Origin: Trichormus sp. ATA11-4-KO1 | GTDB lineage: Bacteria > Cyanobacteriota > Cyanobacteriia > Cyanobacteriales > Nostocaceae | Direction of reading: 5' to 3' | Assembly: GCA_019358915.1 (NCBI GenBank) | Contig: JAHHIM010000028.1 | Coordinates: 1-58,601 of the forward strand | DNA length: 58,601 bases | Shown: positions 56,948-58,601 of the stretch, one piece after another | Layout: each line of letters opens with the position of its first letter | Numbering within the stretch: the stretch's first letter is position 1 | The notes under the pieces: model-generated | Told to the model about the DNA's origin: nothing | What the model saw: the letters and a program-made list of their open reading frames with translations, nothing else | Database searches by the model: none | Translations under genes and position numbers: made by a program

Positions 56948-58601
56948 GTGTTTAAGAAAGGATTTGGCAAAAAAGTTGTAGACCGTGACCAAGTAGCGCA
57001 ACATCTAGAAGCACTGGGCTACAAAAGTGGAGATACAGTCTATCTGCGAAGCTTTTACCCCAGTGATGACCCCCGCAAAGCCGAGGATAAAGGCAGAAAA
57101 GCCGAAGCACATAGTCTCAATCAGTTAATTCAACTAGCCACACAATTCCAGTCCGAGGGCAGAGGAGTTTACTTCGTAGTCAATGGCGGCGGACACCTTG
57201 ATGAAAATGTCAGCAGTTGTCGCGCCATCTTCTATGAGCATGACAATCTTCACAAAGATTTACAAAAAGACCTGTGGCGATCGCTCGAATTACCAGAACC
57301 CAGTTTACAAATAGACACAGGCGGTAAATCCATTCACAGTTATTGGATTTTAGAGCAATCCATTAACCCAGAAGACTGGAAGCAACTGCAAACTGATTTA
57401 TTGGAATATGCAGATGGCGATCGCGCCCTGAAAAATCCTTCACGAGTGATGCGGTTGGCTGGATGTTGGCACTTTGGGCCAAATAACGTCGCCAACGGAC
57501 AAAGCCAAATTATCCTCAACACTCTTCAACGCTACAGCTACGACCAATTAAGGGCAATCATTCCATCAAAGGTAGAAAAAACTACACCCTTGCAAGCCCA
57601 CTTTCCTACCCCGTTGCCGCTTGGTGACGTACCACTGTACCAATGCTTGAGACGTGAAGATAGAACACTAATCGACGGCGGTGCTGGGCAAGGCGAAAGA
57701 AACGATAAAGGAGCCGCATTAGCAAGAAACTTAATCGGCACAGCTAACCGACTAACGTACCTGGGATATCAATATGATGGAGAGCCGCGCAGATTATTTG
57801 ATGATTACTGTGCGCGTTGTTCTCCACCATTAGATTCCAGGGAAGCTGAGAGTATTTGGCATTCAGCCGAGAAATCTAATCCCACAGCTGCACTGACAGA
57901 TGATGCACTGCTCAATTGCATTAAATCATGGCAAAGACAACAGCAAGTTTATTCTCAACAACCACGAGTTAATGCAACTGTCACTGGTGACAGTACAGTT
58001 GTTGGTGACAGCTATAACCCAGATGTGGTGGGGATTAAAGAGATTGTCCCCACTGTCACCCAGATTTTGCAAGCAGGGTTAATTGACTACGAAGAAACAC
58101 AAAAACTCGAAGAAATCGCGAGTATTCCAGGGATATCAAAACCTGCATTTAAACAATTAGTCTCCTCAGTTAGAAGCCAAATCCATGATGTCCAGCCCGA
58201 AGATGAAATCAGGCTGGACAATTTAATTAATTGGCATAACGCCCAACTGGATTTTGACCGCGCCCTTCCCAGCATGGCCGCAGACTTACTACACGATGCA
58301 ACAATACTTAATATTGAACCGATTGTGATTTGGCAACCACTTTTGGCGGCGGTGATGTCACTTGCAGGAAAGCGGGTGAAATTAAATGTCGAATCCCACA
58401 ACATCCCCGCGATCGCCTGGACAGCCACAGTCCTAGAATCAGGTGGTGGTAAAAGTCGTGCTGATAGTTTAGTCTTAGCTCCACTCAAACAAAAGCAAAT
58501 TGCCGCCCGAAAGCAGTTTGAGCAGGAGGTAGAAGCCCACCAAAACTGGAAAGAAGGGGAATCAGAAGAAGCACCACCCAAACCAGTGGAACGAAAATAC
58601 A
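56948..58601 (+). CDS. RepB-type primase with PriCT-like and probable DUF3987 domains (3'-partial)
   Basis: GTG start after an AGAGGA RBS; GVYFVVNGGG, AIFYEHD, DTGGKSIHSYW, NPSRVMRLAG, GERND, ESGGGKS; open to the window end, so absent from the ORF track. Confidence 0.85.
   Translation, partial: MFKKGFGKKVVDRDQVAQHLEALGYKSGDTVYLRSFYPSDDPRKAEDKGRKAEAHSLNQLIQLATQFQSEGRGVYFVVNGGGHLDENVSSCRAIFYEHDNLHKDLQKDLWRSLELPEPSLQIDTGGKSIHSYWILEQSINPEDWKQLQTDLLEYADGDRALKNPSRVMRLAGCWHFGPNNVANGQSQIILNTLQRYSYDQLRAIIPSKVEKTTPLQAHFPTPLPLGDVPLYQCLRREDRTLIDGGAGQGERNDKGAALARNLIGTANRLTYLGYQYDGEPRRLFDDYCARCSPPLDSREAESIWHSAEKSNPTAALTDDALLNCIKSWQRQQQVYSQQPRVNATVTGDSTVVGDSYNPDVVGIKEIVPTVTQILQAGLIDYEETQKLEEIASIPGISKPAFKQLVSSVRSQIHDVQPEDEIRLDNLINWHNAQLDFDRALPSMAADLLHDATILNIEPIVIWQPLLAAVMSLAGKRVKLNVESHNIPAIAWTATVLESGGGKSRADSLVLAPLKQKQIAARKQFEQEVEAHQNWKEGESEEAPPKPVERKY

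Noticed and set aside
57340..58581. Minus-strand and short plus-strand ORFs in the track
   Set aside because: They are shadows of the long plus-strand primase frame starting at 56948

Overview
This looks like a plasmid or prophage-like region of a filamentous cyanobacterium (Nostocales-like). The basis is HIP1 GCGATCGC sites, heptamer STRR repeats and DUF1392-type genes. The host and replicon type are inferred. (1) 0.7-5 kb: AT-rich accessory enzyme genes (FGE-sulfatase domain protein, SAM methyltransferase, PhyH-like dioxygenase, Uma2). (2) 5-33 kb: a phage-like backbone of two paralogous, mirror-image modules, each controlled by an XRE-HTH gene and a promoter overlapped by an inverted repeat. 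It carries three orphan DNA methyltransferases, a Ycf46-AAA/DUF1257/DUF2997 module, an antirepressor, DUF5131, and an initiator gene with internal iterons followed by DnaB. It also has a complete group II intron whose RT gene is broken by two different MITEs. (3) A 2.1 kb cassette between 142-bp direct repeats. (4) 36.8-56.3 kb: a TpsB-P450-TpsA-CHAT-TPR-kinase-STAND locus, interrupted by a complete cargo-free Tn7-like element (TnsAB fusion, TnsC, TnsD/TniQ; 45262-51056; 5-bp TSD AACTC) that sits directly after the CHAT stop codon. (5) A partial primase gene running off the right end. Top leads: a predicted secreted PatS/PatX-like peptide ending DERGSGR in the mobile backbone; a possible new TnsD target site at the conserved 3' end of CHAT genes; a C5 methyltransferase split over two overlapping frames; and the Tps/P450/CHAT/kinase/STAND locus. 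Family assignments come from motif recognition by eye, not from database searches.
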